Positions 1-11,181 of a stretch of DNA of 64,000 nt are shown here, piece after piece (positions within the stretch are counted from its first letter, which is position 1; every line of letters begins with the position of its first letter). The notes beneath the pieces were generated by a model, which saw only the letters and a list, made by a program, of their open reading frames with translations, did no database searches and was not told where the DNA came from. This DNA is from Deltaproteobacteria bacterium (GTDB taxonomy: Bacteria; Desulfobacterota; GWC2-55-46; DRQE01). The position numbers and the translations under genes were made by a program. The DNA lies in NCBI GenBank assembly GCA_024278765.1, contig JAJRSM010000048.1:2266-66265 (forward strand), written 5' to 3'.

Positions 1-142
1 GCCCGACTATCATATAAAAAGTAGTTGTCTTTCCAGCACCGTTAGCACCTAAAAGCCCGACGACCTCTCCGGAATTAACCGAGAGACTAACGCCACCAAC
101 TACTGTTCGGCCTTTATAGGCCTTAACGAGCCCGCTGACATT
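1..142 (-). CDS. lptB: LPS export ABC transporter ATP-binding protein LptB, N-terminal part; the gene runs off the window edge
   Basis: The minus-strand translation reads [47 protein letters not shown], which contains a Walker A motif. A GAGGAG ribosome-binding site sits 5 nt upstream of the ATG at 142. The gene lies downstream of lptC-lptA, as in the conserved operon. Confidence 0.8.
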
Positions 143-755
143 GAAACTCCTCACTAATATGCCCTTGTGTCCCGGACGAGCCTTCGCCCGAGCATTCCTT
201 ATTTTCTTTCTGTGGCGTTATAACGGCCCTGACCCTCTTATCGCCGCCCTCAACCATAACATTATCACTATCGAGATAGAAGATAATCTTCTCACCCCTT
301 ACTATATCTCTGCACTGCATTGCAGCGGCATTGCCGGTTATAATCAACTCGCCACCTGCTTTGTCATATACTATCTTATCACCCCTAGCTCTGCTGCCAT
401 CCTGCACAATCCTTGCGTTACCAATGGCCACGATATTCCGTACCTGCTGGCTCTCATCGTAGAAGACATGCAACTCATCGCTGCACATCAGATAGTCCTG
501 CTCTGCGATGACATTACCCCTGAAGATAACTACCCCGTCTGCGCGCAGGCTCTCCATAGTATCGGAGTGAACAGTAACCGGCTTGTCTTTGGCGGCCTTG
601 GTCTTATTACTTGTATCTGCTGCTGATACAAAAGACGGCACAGCAACGCCGTAAGCAATGACCGCTATAACAATTATAGCCCAAACCAGAGCACGAGAGC
701 CGCCAACTGTGACGTTATAAGATAGTACCTTGCTTAAAGACAGTTGACACCTCAC
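123..755 (-). CDS. lptA: LPS transport periplasmic protein LptA (OstA-like fold), with signal peptide
   Basis: 210-aa ORF with an N-terminal hydrophobic signal and an OstA-like beta-jellyroll repeat pattern ([12 protein letters not shown]...[16 protein letters not shown]). Synteny is lptC-lptA-lptB. The true start may be internal. Confidence 0.75.
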   Translation of the reverse strand: MRCQLSLSKVLSYNVTVGGSRALVWAIIVIAVIAYGVAVPSFVSAADTSNKTKAAKDKPVTVHSDTMESLRADGVVIFRGNVIAEQDYLMCSDELHVFYDESQQVRNIVAIGNARIVQDGSRARGDKIVYDKAGGELIITGNAAAMQCRDIVRGEKIIFYLDSDNVMVEGGDKRVRAVITPQKENKECSGEGSSGTQGHISEEFQCQRAR

Positions 756-1278
756 TTAAGACCTTTATATTTTCTTTGGCCATATCCATCACCAAACCAC
801 GCCCTGTGACATTGGCGCGCTGCGAGGTCATCTTAAAACGGCCTTTTGTCTGCACAACGCCGCTCTTTGCCGAATACCTGAGGACATCAGTGCTGAGACT
901 AAAATCATCTTTATCCGAGACCACAACGACATCGCCCTTTATAACAATATCCTCGGTCTGCGCGTTATAGCTACCCTCACGCCCAGTCATAGTATATACA
1001 GCACCGTCTTTCATATAGTAAATAACAGTGACATTGGTCAGATTTATATCGTCCCGGCCCTTTACCTGAAAACCCTTATCAGCCTCAAGCTCCCACTCCA
1101 GCCTATCACCACGAGTCCCGGAGTACCTGACCCTATCTATCGTAGAACCCTCGCTCCTTGTAATCGTATAGTCATTGATCGTGACCTCTTTAAAGCCAGA
1201 GCTCACATAGACGGCGACGGCCAACCCCAATATCGAGATGGCGATAAAAATAAATAATAATAATCTTAGACGACGGTT
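715..1278 (-). CDS. lptC: LPS export system protein LptC
   Basis: The ORF 715..1332 has a single N-terminal transmembrane helix (LLLFIFIAISILGLAVAVYV). Size and position between kdsC and lptA fit LptC. The likely start is the M of MNRRLRL at about 1278. Confidence 0.7.
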   Translation of the reverse strand, partial: NRRLRLLLFIFIAISILGLAVAVYVSSGFKEVTINDYTITRSEGSTIDRVRYSGTRGDRLEWELEADKGFQVKGRDDINLTNVTVIYYMKDGAVYTMTGREGSYNAQTEDIVIKGDVVVVSDKDDFSLSTDVLRYSAKSGVVQTKGRFKMTSQRANVTGRGLVMDMAKENIKVLSEVSTVFKQGTIL

Positions 1279-1383
1279 CATTATCCTATTAAAAAACCAA
1301 ACCCCAGCCTGCGCCGTCACGGCACAGGGCATGGGGTTTCCTAGTTAAAATTATAACATCCACCCTATGGGGTGTAAAGGCTT

Positions 1384-1965
1384 TTATACCCTGTAGCACT
1401 CGGTGACTTTTTCCCATTTACCTTGAATTTTCAGAATGATTTCAACAACTTCTCTTACCGCTCCGCCCCCGCCCGGGGCCTGAGTAACACAATCCACAAC
1501 AGCCCTTACCTCTGCCACACCGTCACTTGGCGCAGCCGAGAAACCAGCCCTTACCAGCACCGGCTGATCAATCAGGTCGTCCCCTACATAGGCCGTCTCA
1601 GCCGGGTTCAGACCGAGCTTACCGAGCAGCTCCTCGTAGACTACAAGCTTTGTAAGTGCCCCCTGATATAAGTGCTCAATACCAAGCTCCTTACACCTGC
1701 GCTCTACGATACTTGAGTTACGCGCCGTAATAACGGCGACATCTATACCGGCCCTCATAAGCAGCTTTATCCCGTGACCATCACGTGCGTTAAAACTCTT
1801 ATACTCCCGACCGTCATCGCTATATGTGATCGCCCCGTTTGTAAGGACCCCGTCAACATCTAGGACCAGAAGCTTGATCTCATTTATCTTCTTTATCATA
1901 TCAGCGGAGATCGTATGCGGCGAACCACTATAAGCACCGCCCTCACACTCAATGCCTTCTTTCAT
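1384..1965 (-). CDS. kdsC: KDO 8-phosphate phosphatase KdsC (HAD superfamily)
   Basis: HAD motifs are present: LLVLDVDGVLTNG (motif I), VITARNS and GDDLID. It sits immediately upstream of lptC. Confidence 0.85.
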   Translation of the reverse strand: MKEGIECEGGAYSGSPHTISADMIKKINEIKLLVLDVDGVLTNGAITYSDDGREYKSFNARDGHGIKLLMRAGIDVAVITARNSSIVERRCKELGIEHLYQGALTKLVVYEELLGKLGLNPAETAYVGDDLIDQPVLVRAGFSAAPSDGVAEVRAVVDCVTQAPGGGGAVREVVEIILKIQGKWEKVTECYRV

Positions 1966-2033
1966 CTAAAATACTCCTTATTAATAAACAGTTTTTCAGC
2001 ATAGGCCGCGCTGGCACTTACGACCTTCCGTGA

Positions 2034-4136
2034 TCAGATCGACTCTATCTTCATGGTTATCGTGAATTTATCATCATGGTTTATCAGCTCTTCAACAGCT
2101 ATGAGAAAGATCAGCGAAGACCCTTGATAATTACGCTCAAAACCAGCCTCAGACAAAGACACCGTCTCTACCGGGTAACGCCACAGCGTAGCCGGGCGGC
2201 TTAACTCAAAACCGACCCGCAGCTTTGAATATTCATCGACAAGAACAAAGGACTCTATATCAGGGTCAACTCCCTTCTGCCCGAGGCCGTGCCTAGTGCC
2301 GCTCCCTGCAACCTCCAGAAAACAGGCTGGCCCGCTACACCCGGGCAGACAAATATTAAACTCCACGGCCATCATCACGCCATCTAATGAATCGTCATAC
2401 TCGCCCTTTAACTCATAGGTTGCGCTAAAACCACCTGCATTACCACCCAGATCACCCCCCTTATCAAAAGCCAGGGTCTTGGTTACCCGCAAAGGTCGAC
2501 CATCCAAGAGACCATCTCGCTTTAAGATCAACTCCCTGTCGCCGACCTCATGGGTAAACTCATTATCAAGAAAATCACCCAACTCACCGCAACTGGCCGC
2601 GACGAGGCCATCAAGATCAGTGCCTTTTGGCAAGAAACGCTCGCGCAGAGAGCTTCGCCTAACCTTGTCAAAAGCAAGCCCTTCGCCGAGCCCCTCCTCC
2701 TTCATAACCACGGCCCCGTGAATGCTCTTTGCACCACCATCATCGCTGCCGTTACCTGCGGCCTTGAGCTTTTCATGATACCCCTCGTACCAGCGCGATA
2801 GCGTATTGCCGATATTAATGGCTCCGGGTTTGTAGTCTATCTCATAGATACTACCGCCGTGGCGGGGACTGATATATAGATTAAGCTTACTGCAACTAAC
2901 CTCTACCTCTTCATAGGTATCGGCATCGATATCGGCGACGATAATATTTACCTCCGCGCCGCGGCCCGCCTCCTCAGCCGCTGCCTCTGCCTTTAATATA
3001 TGCGCATAGACGGCGAACCTAAGATGCGGCAGATATAGCCCGCCAAAGACCCCGTGCCAATAGGCATCATTTGCCTGAGCCCGGTAGATATGATCCAGAG
3101 CCTCTGGCGATGCGCCCTTACCAAGCTTCATCGAGGCCAGCAACATCCTCTTATGCATCCAGTCGGCCTCAGGATATTTGGAAAAGAAGTTGCGCCACGT
3201 ACCTCCCATGCAGTACTGTAAGATTCGCTCGCCCTCAGCACCACGCTGCTTTAGCTCTTCATGTAGCTTCGCATAGTCATTGGCGACGACCGGCGGCAGA
3301 GACCACTCACCCATCTCCATATAAGAGGTCGTTGGCAGATAGACCCTGCCAAGTGATTCCTGTGTATCGATCATCTCAGAAAATCTCACAGGCCTTATCC
3401 ACTCCGAGCATTCTTCCAGTTTATCAAGAAAACTATCGATCCAGCCGTCTTCGTAGACCCATTTATTAGTACCTGGCCAAACACCAAACTTCTCACCATC
3501 ATCGGCAAAGATAGCCATGCGACCCTCGCCGCCGTCTTCAAGGCCTCGCATATATTCTTCAAATTTATCAGCTGTATCAAAAGGGATGACATACCTGAGA
3601 CGCTCGCTACCGGGAAAGACCTTCACAGGATATCCAAGCTCTTCGGTAACATAATAGCCATATAGGTCATCCTGCCTGATCCCACTTTTAATGAAATGAT
3701 AATCATCTACAACTACGTACTCAACACCTGCCTGGTGCAGGTCACGAGGCAAAGTCGGGTCCCATACACGCTCGGCGAGCCATATTCCGCGCGGCCTTAC
3801 ATTAAACAACCGCTCGATATTGTCTGCCATAAGCCTTATCTGACCAGCCCTGTCTTGTGCCGGAATAACCGCCAAAACCGGTTCGTAATAACCCCCACCC
3901 ATAACCTCTAGCTGGCCTCTACCAACCATCACGCGCATCTTTTCAATATACTCAGGGTGGACTCGCTCCAGCCACTCCAATAGAAAACCCGTGGTATGAA
4001 GAGAGAACTTTACCGCTGGCCTCTCCAGAAGTTTATCTAGAAATGGCAAGTAAGCCTTTTCATAGGCATCTTCCATTACCTCGTCAAAGTTACCAACGGG
4101 CTGGTGGTTATGTATGCATAAGACAAAATACGTCAT
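2034..4136 (-). CDS. Glycoside hydrolase family 57 4-alpha-glucanotransferase or alpha-amylase
   Basis: 700 aa. The N-terminus LCIHNHQPVGNF...YYEPVLAVIP...WLAERVWDP...VVDDYHF...FADDGEKFGVWPGT follows, from memory, the GH57 4-alpha-glucanotransferase pattern residue by residue. Confidence 0.85.
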   Translation of the reverse strand: MTYFVLCIHNHQPVGNFDEVMEDAYEKAYLPFLDKLLERPAVKFSLHTTGFLLEWLERVHPEYIEKMRVMVGRGQLEVMGGGYYEPVLAVIPAQDRAGQIRLMADNIERLFNVRPRGIWLAERVWDPTLPRDLHQAGVEYVVVDDYHFIKSGIRQDDLYGYYVTEELGYPVKVFPGSERLRYVIPFDTADKFEEYMRGLEDGGEGRMAIFADDGEKFGVWPGTNKWVYEDGWIDSFLDKLEECSEWIRPVRFSEMIDTQESLGRVYLPTTSYMEMGEWSLPPVVANDYAKLHEELKQRGAEGERILQYCMGGTWRNFFSKYPEADWMHKRMLLASMKLGKGASPEALDHIYRAQANDAYWHGVFGGLYLPHLRFAVYAHILKAEAAAEEAGRGAEVNIIVADIDADTYEEVEVSCSKLNLYISPRHGGSIYEIDYKPGAINIGNTLSRWYEGYHEKLKAAGNGSDDGGAKSIHGAVVMKEEGLGEGLAFDKVRRSSLRERFLPKGTDLDGLVAASCGELGDFLDNEFTHEVGDRELILKRDGLLDGRPLRVTKTLAFDKGGDLGGNAGGFSATYELKGEYDDSLDGVMMAVEFNICLPGCSGPACFLEVAGSGTRHGLGQKGVDPDIESFVLVDEYSKLRVGFELSRPATLWRYPVETVSLSEAGFERNYQGSSLIFLIAVEELINHDDKFTITMKIESI

Positions 4137-5443
4137 AAAAGCTCCACTACGTGGACGACCATAGCATCAACGCCGTAACGATGCAGCGCGTCCTTTAGTT
4201 GAATTATACACCCCGGACACGCCGTGGCAACTATATCAGCACCGCTACCCCTTACGCCTTCTGCCTTGATACGCGCAATCTCTATCGACAACTCATAGTT
4301 GGAAAAAGCAAGCCCTCCGCCAAGGCCACAACACTTGCACGGATGCTTCATCCCCACAAGCTCAAGCCCAGAGCTCTCAAGCAATATTCTAGGCTCTTCA
4401 GCTATCCCCTGATAACGCCTCAGATGACAAGGGTCATGATAAGTAACCTTACTGCCATCTTGCGTTATAAGAGGCCTTTCATTATCTTCTATATCTTTAA
4501 CCGGAATATCACCCTCCGGGGCTATCAGTTCGGTTATGTCCCGCACCTTCGCGACAAAAGCATCAACACGTTTTGCCATCTCCGAGTCTTCTTCACCACT
4601 GTCGCAGAGCAGGTCTTTAAATACGTCTTTTAAAGCATGTCCGCAGGTTGCGCAAGAGGTCACGATATAATCGCAGTCTTCTTTTTCAAAGACCTCAAGG
4701 TTTTTAAGGGCATGCTCTCTGGCTGTCTTCTGATCTCCGGCAGAGAGTGCCGGCATGCCGCAACAGCTCTGCGCCTTAGGGATACTCACCGTTGCGCCAC
4801 TTCGCTCCAGAACCCTGACCGTTGCCTCGCCGATATCGGGCAGAAAATAATTAACCCCGCAGCCGACAAAGAAAGATACCTTTGGCTTTGCCGCCCCCTG
4901 CTCGGGACCGCTCTTGCGGGCCTTTGCGGTCTTACTCTCCATAAAAAACCTCTCCGGCAGGTTAGGCACAAGCCTGCCGCCGCCAATAAGCGGAATGGAA
5001 AACCTGCTGACCAGAGCGTGTTCAACAGTACTACCTTTAAAGATTAGGCCTTGCAGCTTTGAGGCGATCTTCATCGATAAAGGACGAAGACGCTCGGAGC
5101 CCAGTAGATTCTTAATAGCCAAAGAGGCAAAAGGAGAGAGACCCTGCTTTGCGATATAACCGGTACGAGCCGCCAGTATCAGTGCCGGAACATCTACGTC
5201 ATTGGGGCAGTTGCTGTGGCAAGAGCCACAGAGCGTGCAGTCCTTTACGTATTTTTGAAATGCCGGGCCGAAAGGAGTGCCACCCATGCCGGCCTCTTTA
5301 AGGCTCGTCTCGGCGAGTGTAACTCGTCCTCGTGGCCCTCCGCCCTCACGCCTGAGTATTTCATAGGACGGACAGAAGCTCTTGCAGGTTCCGCACCTAA
5401 CGCACTTTGAGGCTATATCTAAAAGTTCTTCAACACTCTTCAT
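4133..5443 (-). CDS. glcF: Fe-S oxidoreductase, glycolate oxidase iron-sulfur subunit GlcF-like; two 4Fe-4S motifs plus CCG domains
   Basis: CxxCxxCxxxCP ferredoxin motifs (CVRCGTCKSFCP, CTLCGSCHSNCP) and cysteine-rich CCG motifs (CCGMP, CKCCGLGG). It is adjacent to an FAD-linked oxidase. Confidence 0.75.
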   Translation of the reverse strand: MKSVEELLDIASKCVRCGTCKSFCPSYEILRREGGGPRGRVTLAETSLKEAGMGGTPFGPAFQKYVKDCTLCGSCHSNCPNDVDVPALILAARTGYIAKQGLSPFASLAIKNLLGSERLRPLSMKIASKLQGLIFKGSTVEHALVSRFSIPLIGGGRLVPNLPERFFMESKTAKARKSGPEQGAAKPKVSFFVGCGVNYFLPDIGEATVRVLERSGATVSIPKAQSCCGMPALSAGDQKTAREHALKNLEVFEKEDCDYIVTSCATCGHALKDVFKDLLCDSGEEDSEMAKRVDAFVAKVRDITELIAPEGDIPVKDIEDNERPLITQDGSKVTYHDPCHLRRYQGIAEEPRILLESSGLELVGMKHPCKCCGLGGGLAFSNYELSIEIARIKAEGVRGSGADIVATACPGCIIQLKDALHRYGVDAMVVHVVELL

Positions 5444-5489
5444 AAATAATCAACAATATCCTTTGTACTAAATTACCAGAAAACCCGCA

Positions 5490-6890
5490 TCACCCGGCAG
5501 GGAAGATCTTTCCCGGGTTTAAGATCCCTCTCGGATCAAGTGCTTCTTTTATACGCTTCATCGCCTCTATCGTAGCAGCACCTAACTCCATATTAATATA
5601 AGGCATCTTGGTCGTACCCACTCCGTGCTCACCCGAGATCGTCCCGCCAAGCGAGACCGTCAGCTTAAATACATCTTCTACCGCTTGCAGGCCTTTTGCA
5701 CAGTCTTCTTCGTCATCTTTATCGACCATAATATTTACGTGGATATTGCCGTCGCCTGCGTGACCAAAGCTCGCAATAATAACCCCACGCTCTTTTGATA
5801 TCTGCTCAACACCTGTTATTAGCTCTACTAGCTTTGAACGAGGCACAACGACATCTTCATTTAATTTAAGCGACTTAAGTCTCTTAAGCGCAGGGGATAT
5901 CGAACGCCTGACCTTCCAAAGATCACGCACCTCAAACTTATCCGTAGCAGCCCGAAACTCTGTCGAAGCATTCTCTTTACAGATCCCCTCGATATCAAGT
6001 ACGTCTTTTTCTACGCTCTCGCTACGCCCGTCCACCTCTATAAGCAATACGGCCTCAACGCCACCAAGCCCCATATGGGTAAATTCTTCAACGCAACGTA
6101 GCGATGCGTTATCAATAAGCTCAAGCGTAGAGGGCACAATGCACCGACGGATAATACCGGTAACTGTACGGGCTGCGTCTTCGAGCTTGGCGAATTTAAC
6201 GAGCATCATCTTGCGCGTCTCAGGCTGCGCAATCAGCTTTAGCTGCGCCTTTGTCACAACACCGAGCGTGCCCTCACTGCCAACGATTAGGCGAGTCAGG
6301 TCATAACCAACGACCCCCTTAAGCGTTTTACCGCCGGTCTTTATTATCTCGCCTGTTGGTAAGACGACCTCAAGCCCCAAAACATAATCACGCGTCACAC
6401 CGTACTTAACAGCCCTTGGCCCTCCGGCACACTCGGCGATATTACCACCAATGGTAGAGAACTTAAAACTCGTCGGATCCGGCGGATAAAAAAGCCCGTG
6501 CTTCTCGACCGCTGCCTGAAGGTCTCCGGTTATAACGCCGGGCTCCACCTCTGCCGTAAGATTATCGGTATCTATCTCGATTATCTTCTTCATCCTCTCG
6601 GTCGAGAGAATCAGCCCACCACCGACAGGTAGTGAACCACCGGTAAAGCCCGTCCCAGCACCACGCGCAACAACAGGGAAACCCCTTAAATTGGCAAGTT
6701 TAAGTATGGCGGATATTTCTTCTGGAGTTTCCGGGAAGGCCACGGCCTCGGGAGGGACGATCTTATTTGTAGCGTCATATGAATAACAAAGTATATCCTC
6801 TCTAAGAAAAGAGAGGTTTTCGCGGGCCAGCAAACCCTGCAGTTCTTTCTGTACCGAAGTGGTAATCGGTTTTAAGCTGTCTCTTAGCAT
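5490..6890 (-). CDS. glcD: FAD-binding oxidoreductase, GlcD or D-lactate dehydrogenase family
   Basis: 466 aa. FAD-binding PCMH domain (PPEAVAFPETPEEISAILKLANLRGFPVVARGAGTGFTGGS) and a C-terminal FAD-oxidase domain (HAGDGNIH). It is paired with the glcF-like gene. Confidence 0.8.
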   Translation of the reverse strand: MLRDSLKPITTSVQKELQGLLARENLSFLREDILCYSYDATNKIVPPEAVAFPETPEEISAILKLANLRGFPVVARGAGTGFTGGSLPVGGGLILSTERMKKIIEIDTDNLTAEVEPGVITGDLQAAVEKHGLFYPPDPTSFKFSTIGGNIAECAGGPRAVKYGVTRDYVLGLEVVLPTGEIIKTGGKTLKGVVGYDLTRLIVGSEGTLGVVTKAQLKLIAQPETRKMMLVKFAKLEDAARTVTGIIRRCIVPSTLELIDNASLRCVEEFTHMGLGGVEAVLLIEVDGRSESVEKDVLDIEGICKENASTEFRAATDKFEVRDLWKVRRSISPALKRLKSLKLNEDVVVPRSKLVELITGVEQISKERGVIIASFGHAGDGNIHVNIMVDKDDEEDCAKGLQAVEDVFKLTVSLGGTISGEHGVGTTKMPYINMELGAATIEAMKRIKEALDPRGILNPGKIFPAG

Positions 6891-6953
6891 AGATTAAAAT
6901 CTCCTGACGGTTTTACAGGCACGAAATACAATAAGCACCAAAAAACTAACCGC

Positions 6954-7637
6954 TTACTTTTCGTCAGGTTTTTTAATCACATACCCAACGCCTCTGACCG
7001 TATGAATAAGCTTTTTAGTCGGATCTTTATCGACCTTATTTCTAAGGTGATTTATATATACGTCAACAACATTAGTCTCACTATCAAAGCCCTGATGCCA
7101 GACGTTCTCAGCAATCAGGGTACGAGACAGAACCCGCTCGGGGTTACGCAGGAGATACTCAAGTAAAGAATATTCCTTTAGCGTAAGCTCTATATCCTTA
7201 CCAGCCCGGCTTGCCTTGCGTGTCATTGAATCTAGGCTCAACCCCTCATACTCCAGAACACTTGAAGCAACCTTTGCAGACCCCCTGCGAAGCAACGCCC
7301 TGATCCTTGCAAGCAACTCTTCAAATGCAAAGGGCTTGGTAAGGTAATCATCTGCGCCAAGATTTAAGCCACGCACCCTGTCCTCTACGCTGTCGCGTGC
7401 GGTTAGCAAGATAACAGGTGCCTTTATTCCGTCCTCTTTGACGATCTTTAAGACCTCAAGGCCGTCTTTTTTGGGCAGCATTATATCCAGTATTATCATG
7501 TCATAGCTGCGTGAGAGCGCGAATTCCTCTCCCTCTATGCCATCAACTGCCAGGTCCACGGTATAACCCTCTTGCTCAAGACCTCTCTTTATAAAACCAG
7601 CTACCTTTCTCTCGTCCTCTATTACTAGAAACCTCAT
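6954..7637 (-). CDS. OmpR/PhoB-family DNA-binding response regulator; no kinase gene is adjacent
   Basis: Receiver domain (MRFLVIEDE...DMIILDIMLPKKDG...DDYLTKPF) plus a winged-helix C-terminus (LSRTLIAENVWH...TNVVDVYINHLRNK). The start codon overlaps the upstream M16 peptidase stop (ATGA). Confidence 0.9.
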   Translation of the reverse strand: MRFLVIEDERKVAGFIKRGLEQEGYTVDLAVDGIEGEEFALSRSYDMIILDIMLPKKDGLEVLKIVKEDGIKAPVILLTARDSVEDRVRGLNLGADDYLTKPFAFEELLARIRALLRRGSAKVASSVLEYEGLSLDSMTRKASRAGKDIELTLKEYSLLEYLLRNPERVLSRTLIAENVWHQGFDSETNVVDVYINHLRNKVDKDPTKKLIHTVRGVGYVIKKPDEK

Positions 7638-8920
7638 TTTGATATCCTCTGAGTTGTCTTATTTTTTAGAGATGCCGGTAAGCTCCTGCGCGTTACCTTA
7701 CCGATTGATACAAGTGTCATATCGGCTGGACGAAAGACCTTCGCAGCCGTCGCCTTAATCTGGCGAATCGTCAACTTATCAATAGCTTCTACTACTTCCT
7801 TAACCGGAACGTACCTTCCGTAATAGATCTCATCACGGGCGAGTTTCATCATACGACTATCGCTGGTCTCTAGCCCCAGCAGCATGCCGCCCTTAAGCTG
7901 CTCCTTTGCCCTATTGAACTCAAGCCTGGTAATATCACCGGAGGCAACGGTCTTAAGCTCTTTTAAGATAAGATTGATGACCTTTTTATAGTCCTTGGCC
8001 GAGGTCCCGGCATAGATGACAAAGGCACCTGCGTCACGCACAAGACTCAGATAGGAATAAACCGAATAGGCCAGACCTCGTTTCTCCCTTATCTCTTGGA
8101 AGAGCCTTGAACTCATCCCACCGCCAAGGAGTGTATTTAGAATATAGAGTTTATAGCGATCAGGATGGGTCTGCGAAGTAACAGGTAGCCCCATACACAA
8201 GTGCACCTGCTCTAGCGGTTTTCTTACAAGTTTAATGCCCTTTGTCGGCTCTGGTGGCGTAGTCTTTGCACTATCGTCATTACCGCTTCCAACACCAGCC
8301 ATCGCAACCTTTAATAACTTCATAACACACTTAGGGCTTGTACCGCCAGCAACAGTCACCAGCATATTCTCGGCAAAATAGCGTCGCTTATAAAACTCGA
8401 CAACGTTGTCTCTGGTAAAAGCCCCGACCGTCTTCTCCGTACCAAGTACAGGACGCCCAAGCGGGTGACCCTTCCAGATATTTGCGGCAAAAAGGTCATG
8501 AACAATATCGTCGGGAGTATCATCGACCATGCTTATCTCCTGCAAGATGACAAGCCTTTCACGGTCAAGCTCCCCTTTATCAAAGGTAGAATTAATAACA
8601 ATATCAGAGAGTAGATCAATAGCCAGCGGCAGGTCTTTATTCAGTACTTTCGCGTAGTAGCAGGTATACTCGCGCCCTGTAAAGGCATTAAGCACGCCTC
8701 CGACGCCCTCCAGCTCCCCTGCGATATCCAGAGGCGTTCGACGCTCTGTACCCTTAAAAAGCATATGCTCGATAAAGTGAGAGATCCCCCGATCTTTCAG
8801 TGCCTCGTTTCTTGATCCGTTCTTGACCCAGATACCAACCGTAGTACTAAGAGCGTCATGCATCTGCTCGGTAATAACGGTAACTCCGTTTTCAAGACTG
8901 GCCTTCTCTATGGTAGACAT
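7634..8920 (-). CDS. M16 (pitrilysin) family zinc peptidase
   Basis: Inverted zincin motif HFIEHMLFKGT (HxxEH) near the N-terminus. The 428-aa size is typical of M16. Confidence 0.85.
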   Translation of the reverse strand: MSTIEKASLENGVTVITEQMHDALSTTVGIWVKNGSRNEALKDRGISHFIEHMLFKGTERRTPLDIAGELEGVGGVLNAFTGREYTCYYAKVLNKDLPLAIDLLSDIVINSTFDKGELDRERLVILQEISMVDDTPDDIVHDLFAANIWKGHPLGRPVLGTEKTVGAFTRDNVVEFYKRRYFAENMLVTVAGGTSPKCVMKLLKVAMAGVGSGNDDSAKTTPPEPTKGIKLVRKPLEQVHLCMGLPVTSQTHPDRYKLYILNTLLGGGMSSRLFQEIREKRGLAYSVYSYLSLVRDAGAFVIYAGTSAKDYKKVINLILKELKTVASGDITRLEFNRAKEQLKGGMLLGLETSDSRMMKLARDEIYYGRYVPVKEVVEAIDKLTIRQIKATAAKVFRPADMTLVSIGKVTRRSLPASLKNKTTQRISK

Positions 8921-9000
8921 AATTAATTATCTCCGTATACGCATGGCCCTGTATAAGACGGGCGGCAAAAGACCTCTTCTAAACCAAATATCAACAACAC

Positions 9001-9027
9001 AAAAAAAGGGGGGCCAGGAGGCCCCCC
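9001..9027 (-). terminator. Rho-independent terminator downstream of pnp
   Basis: GGGGGGCC / GGCCCCCC 8-bp GC stem (9008-9015 and 9020-9027) with an AGGA loop. On the minus strand it is followed by a T7 run (plus A7 at 9001-9007). Confidence 0.8.
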
Positions 9028-9087
9028 AGCAATTACTGCTTGGTCAAGATTTATCCGAGTGCTTGCGACACCCTTAAAATCTTTTTG

Positions 9088-11181
9088 CTACGATGGCATC
9101 GTCTCGCCAAGTGCCTCTTTTCTCGAGAGCCTGATCTTTCCGGCCCTATCGATCTCCAGACACTTTACAATAACCTCATCACCTTCTTTAAGGATATCGG
9201 TTACGTTCTCTACACGCTCTTCAGCTAGCTGCGATATATGAACAAGGCCGTCAGTACCCGGGAAGATCTCTACGAATGCGCCAAAGTCCATAATTTTACG
9301 GACAGTACCCATATAGAGCTTGCCTACCTCGGCTTCCTGCGTAAGGGCCTGAACCATCTTTATCGCCTTCTGCGCTGATTCCTCATCGCAAGAAGCAATA
9401 TTGACCTTACCTGTATCATCGATATCTATCTTTACGCCGGTCTCCTGAACAATACCCTTGATATTCTTACCGCCAGGGCCGATGACGTCTTTGATTTTTT
9501 CTGTCTTAACATAGATAGTAATTATCTTCGGAGCGTACTCGGACATCTCGGTCCTCGGTGCTGTTATAGCCTCTTCCATCTTTCCGAGGATATGGATACG
9601 TCCTTCCTTTGCCTGATAAAGGGCCTCGCGCATAAGCTCTGCGCTCACGCCACTTATCTTTATATCCATCTGCAGGGCACTGATGCCTTCTGCCGAACCA
9701 GCAACCTTAAAGTCCATATCTCCAAGATGATCCTCGTCACCGAGGATGTCAGACAATACAGAATAACGCTCGCCTTCCTTGATAAGTCCCATGGCGATTC
9801 CTGCTACGTGGCACTTTACCGGCACACCTGCGTCCATTAAGGATAGCGACGCACCACAGATCGATGCCATCGAAGAAGAACCATTTGATTCAAGTATATC
9901 AGAAACTACCCTTACCGTGTACGGGAACTCTTCTTCCTCACCCGGCATAGACTTTACGACTGCACGTTCTGCAAGAGCACCATGACCGATCTCGCGACGA
10001 CCAGGGCTGCGCATAAACCTTACCTCACCAACAGAGAATGGCGGGAAGTTATAGTGAAGCATAAACTTCTTATAGTCCCAGCCAGAAAGAGCATCTATCT
10101 TCTGCTCGTCATCACTGGTACCAAGCGTCGTGACAACAATTGCCTGCGTCTCGCCACGAGTAAAGAGTGCCGAACCATGGGTGCGGGGAAGTAGTCCTAC
10201 CTCACAAGTTATATCTCTTACCTGCCTGGAGTCTCTGCCGTCAACACGCACGCCTGTAGAAAGTATCGCCTCACGCATCGTCGTATATTTAAGTCTGCCA
10301 AAAGCAGCGGATACGTCAGAGCCACGGCCCTCAAACTCTTCTGCGAGCTCTGCCTTTAGATCGGCCTTTATCTCATCAAGCTTTGCGTAACGCTCCATCT
10401 TGGTTGCAATCTTAAGTGCACAGGCAAGCCTTTCTTCTGTAATCTCTTTTACACGTGCCTCAAGCACGGTATCGACCTCAGGCAGGACGACCTCGATAGC
10501 GGTCTTTCCGCTATCAGTGCGCATCTGCTCCTGGATGGCAAGCACTGGCTTCATGCTCTCCTGCGCAAAACCAAGGGCATCAATCATTACATCTTCGCTG
10601 AGGAAGTCAGCACCACCCTCGACCATCAAGATACCATCGGTAGCACCTGCGACCAAAAGATCAATATCGCTCTCTTTCTGCTGCTCTAGAGTTGGGTTGC
10701 AAATGAGGTTACCGTCGATACGTCCAACGCGGACAGCGGCTATCGGCTTTGTAAAAGGTATATCAGAGATGCGCAGAGCCATCGAGGCACCAACCAGTGC
10801 GCAAAGCTCTGGATCATGCTCGGTATCAGCACTCATTACGGTTGCGATAACCTGCGTCTCATGGGCATAGCCTTCTGCAAATAGAGGCCTTAAAGGCCTG
10901 TCTATCAGCCTTGAACAAAGCACTTCCTTTTCGCCCGGGCGGCCTTCACGCTTAAAGAATCCACCGGGGATCTTACCGGCTGCGTAACGCATCTCTACAT
11001 AGTTAACAGTTAAGGGAAGGAAATCTAGACCTTCTTTAGGCTGAGGTGCGCGACATGCCGTTACGAGCACGACCGTATCGCCGTACCTTACCGTAACCGA
11101 GCCGCCGGTCTGCCTTGCCATCTTACCGGTCTCTATCTTTAAAGTTCTTCCACCAAAATCTACTTCGTAATTTTTCACCAT
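9088..11181 (-). CDS. pnp: Polyribonucleotide nucleotidyltransferase (PNPase)
   Basis: 697 aa. Two RNase PH domains, KH and S1 domains (…[46 protein letters not shown]). Confidence 0.97.
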   Translation of the reverse strand: MVKNYEVDFGGRTLKIETGKMARQTGGSVTVRYGDTVVLVTACRAPQPKEGLDFLPLTVNYVEMRYAAGKIPGGFFKREGRPGEKEVLCSRLIDRPLRPLFAEGYAHETQVIATVMSADTEHDPELCALVGASMALRISDIPFTKPIAAVRVGRIDGNLICNPTLEQQKESDIDLLVAGATDGILMVEGGADFLSEDVMIDALGFAQESMKPVLAIQEQMRTDSGKTAIEVVLPEVDTVLEARVKEITEERLACALKIATKMERYAKLDEIKADLKAELAEEFEGRGSDVSAAFGRLKYTTMREAILSTGVRVDGRDSRQVRDITCEVGLLPRTHGSALFTRGETQAIVVTTLGTSDDEQKIDALSGWDYKKFMLHYNFPPFSVGEVRFMRSPGRREIGHGALAERAVVKSMPGEEEEFPYTVRVVSDILESNGSSSMASICGASLSLMDAGVPVKCHVAGIAMGLIKEGERYSVLSDILGDEDHLGDMDFKVAGSAEGISALQMDIKISGVSAELMREALYQAKEGRIHILGKMEEAITAPRTEMSEYAPKIITIYVKTEKIKDVIGPGGKNIKGIVQETGVKIDIDDTGKVNIASCDEESAQKAIKMVQALTQEAEVGKLYMGTVRKIMDFGAFVEIFPGTDGLVHISQLAEERVENVTDILKEGDEVIVKCLEIDRAGKIRLSRKEALGETMPS

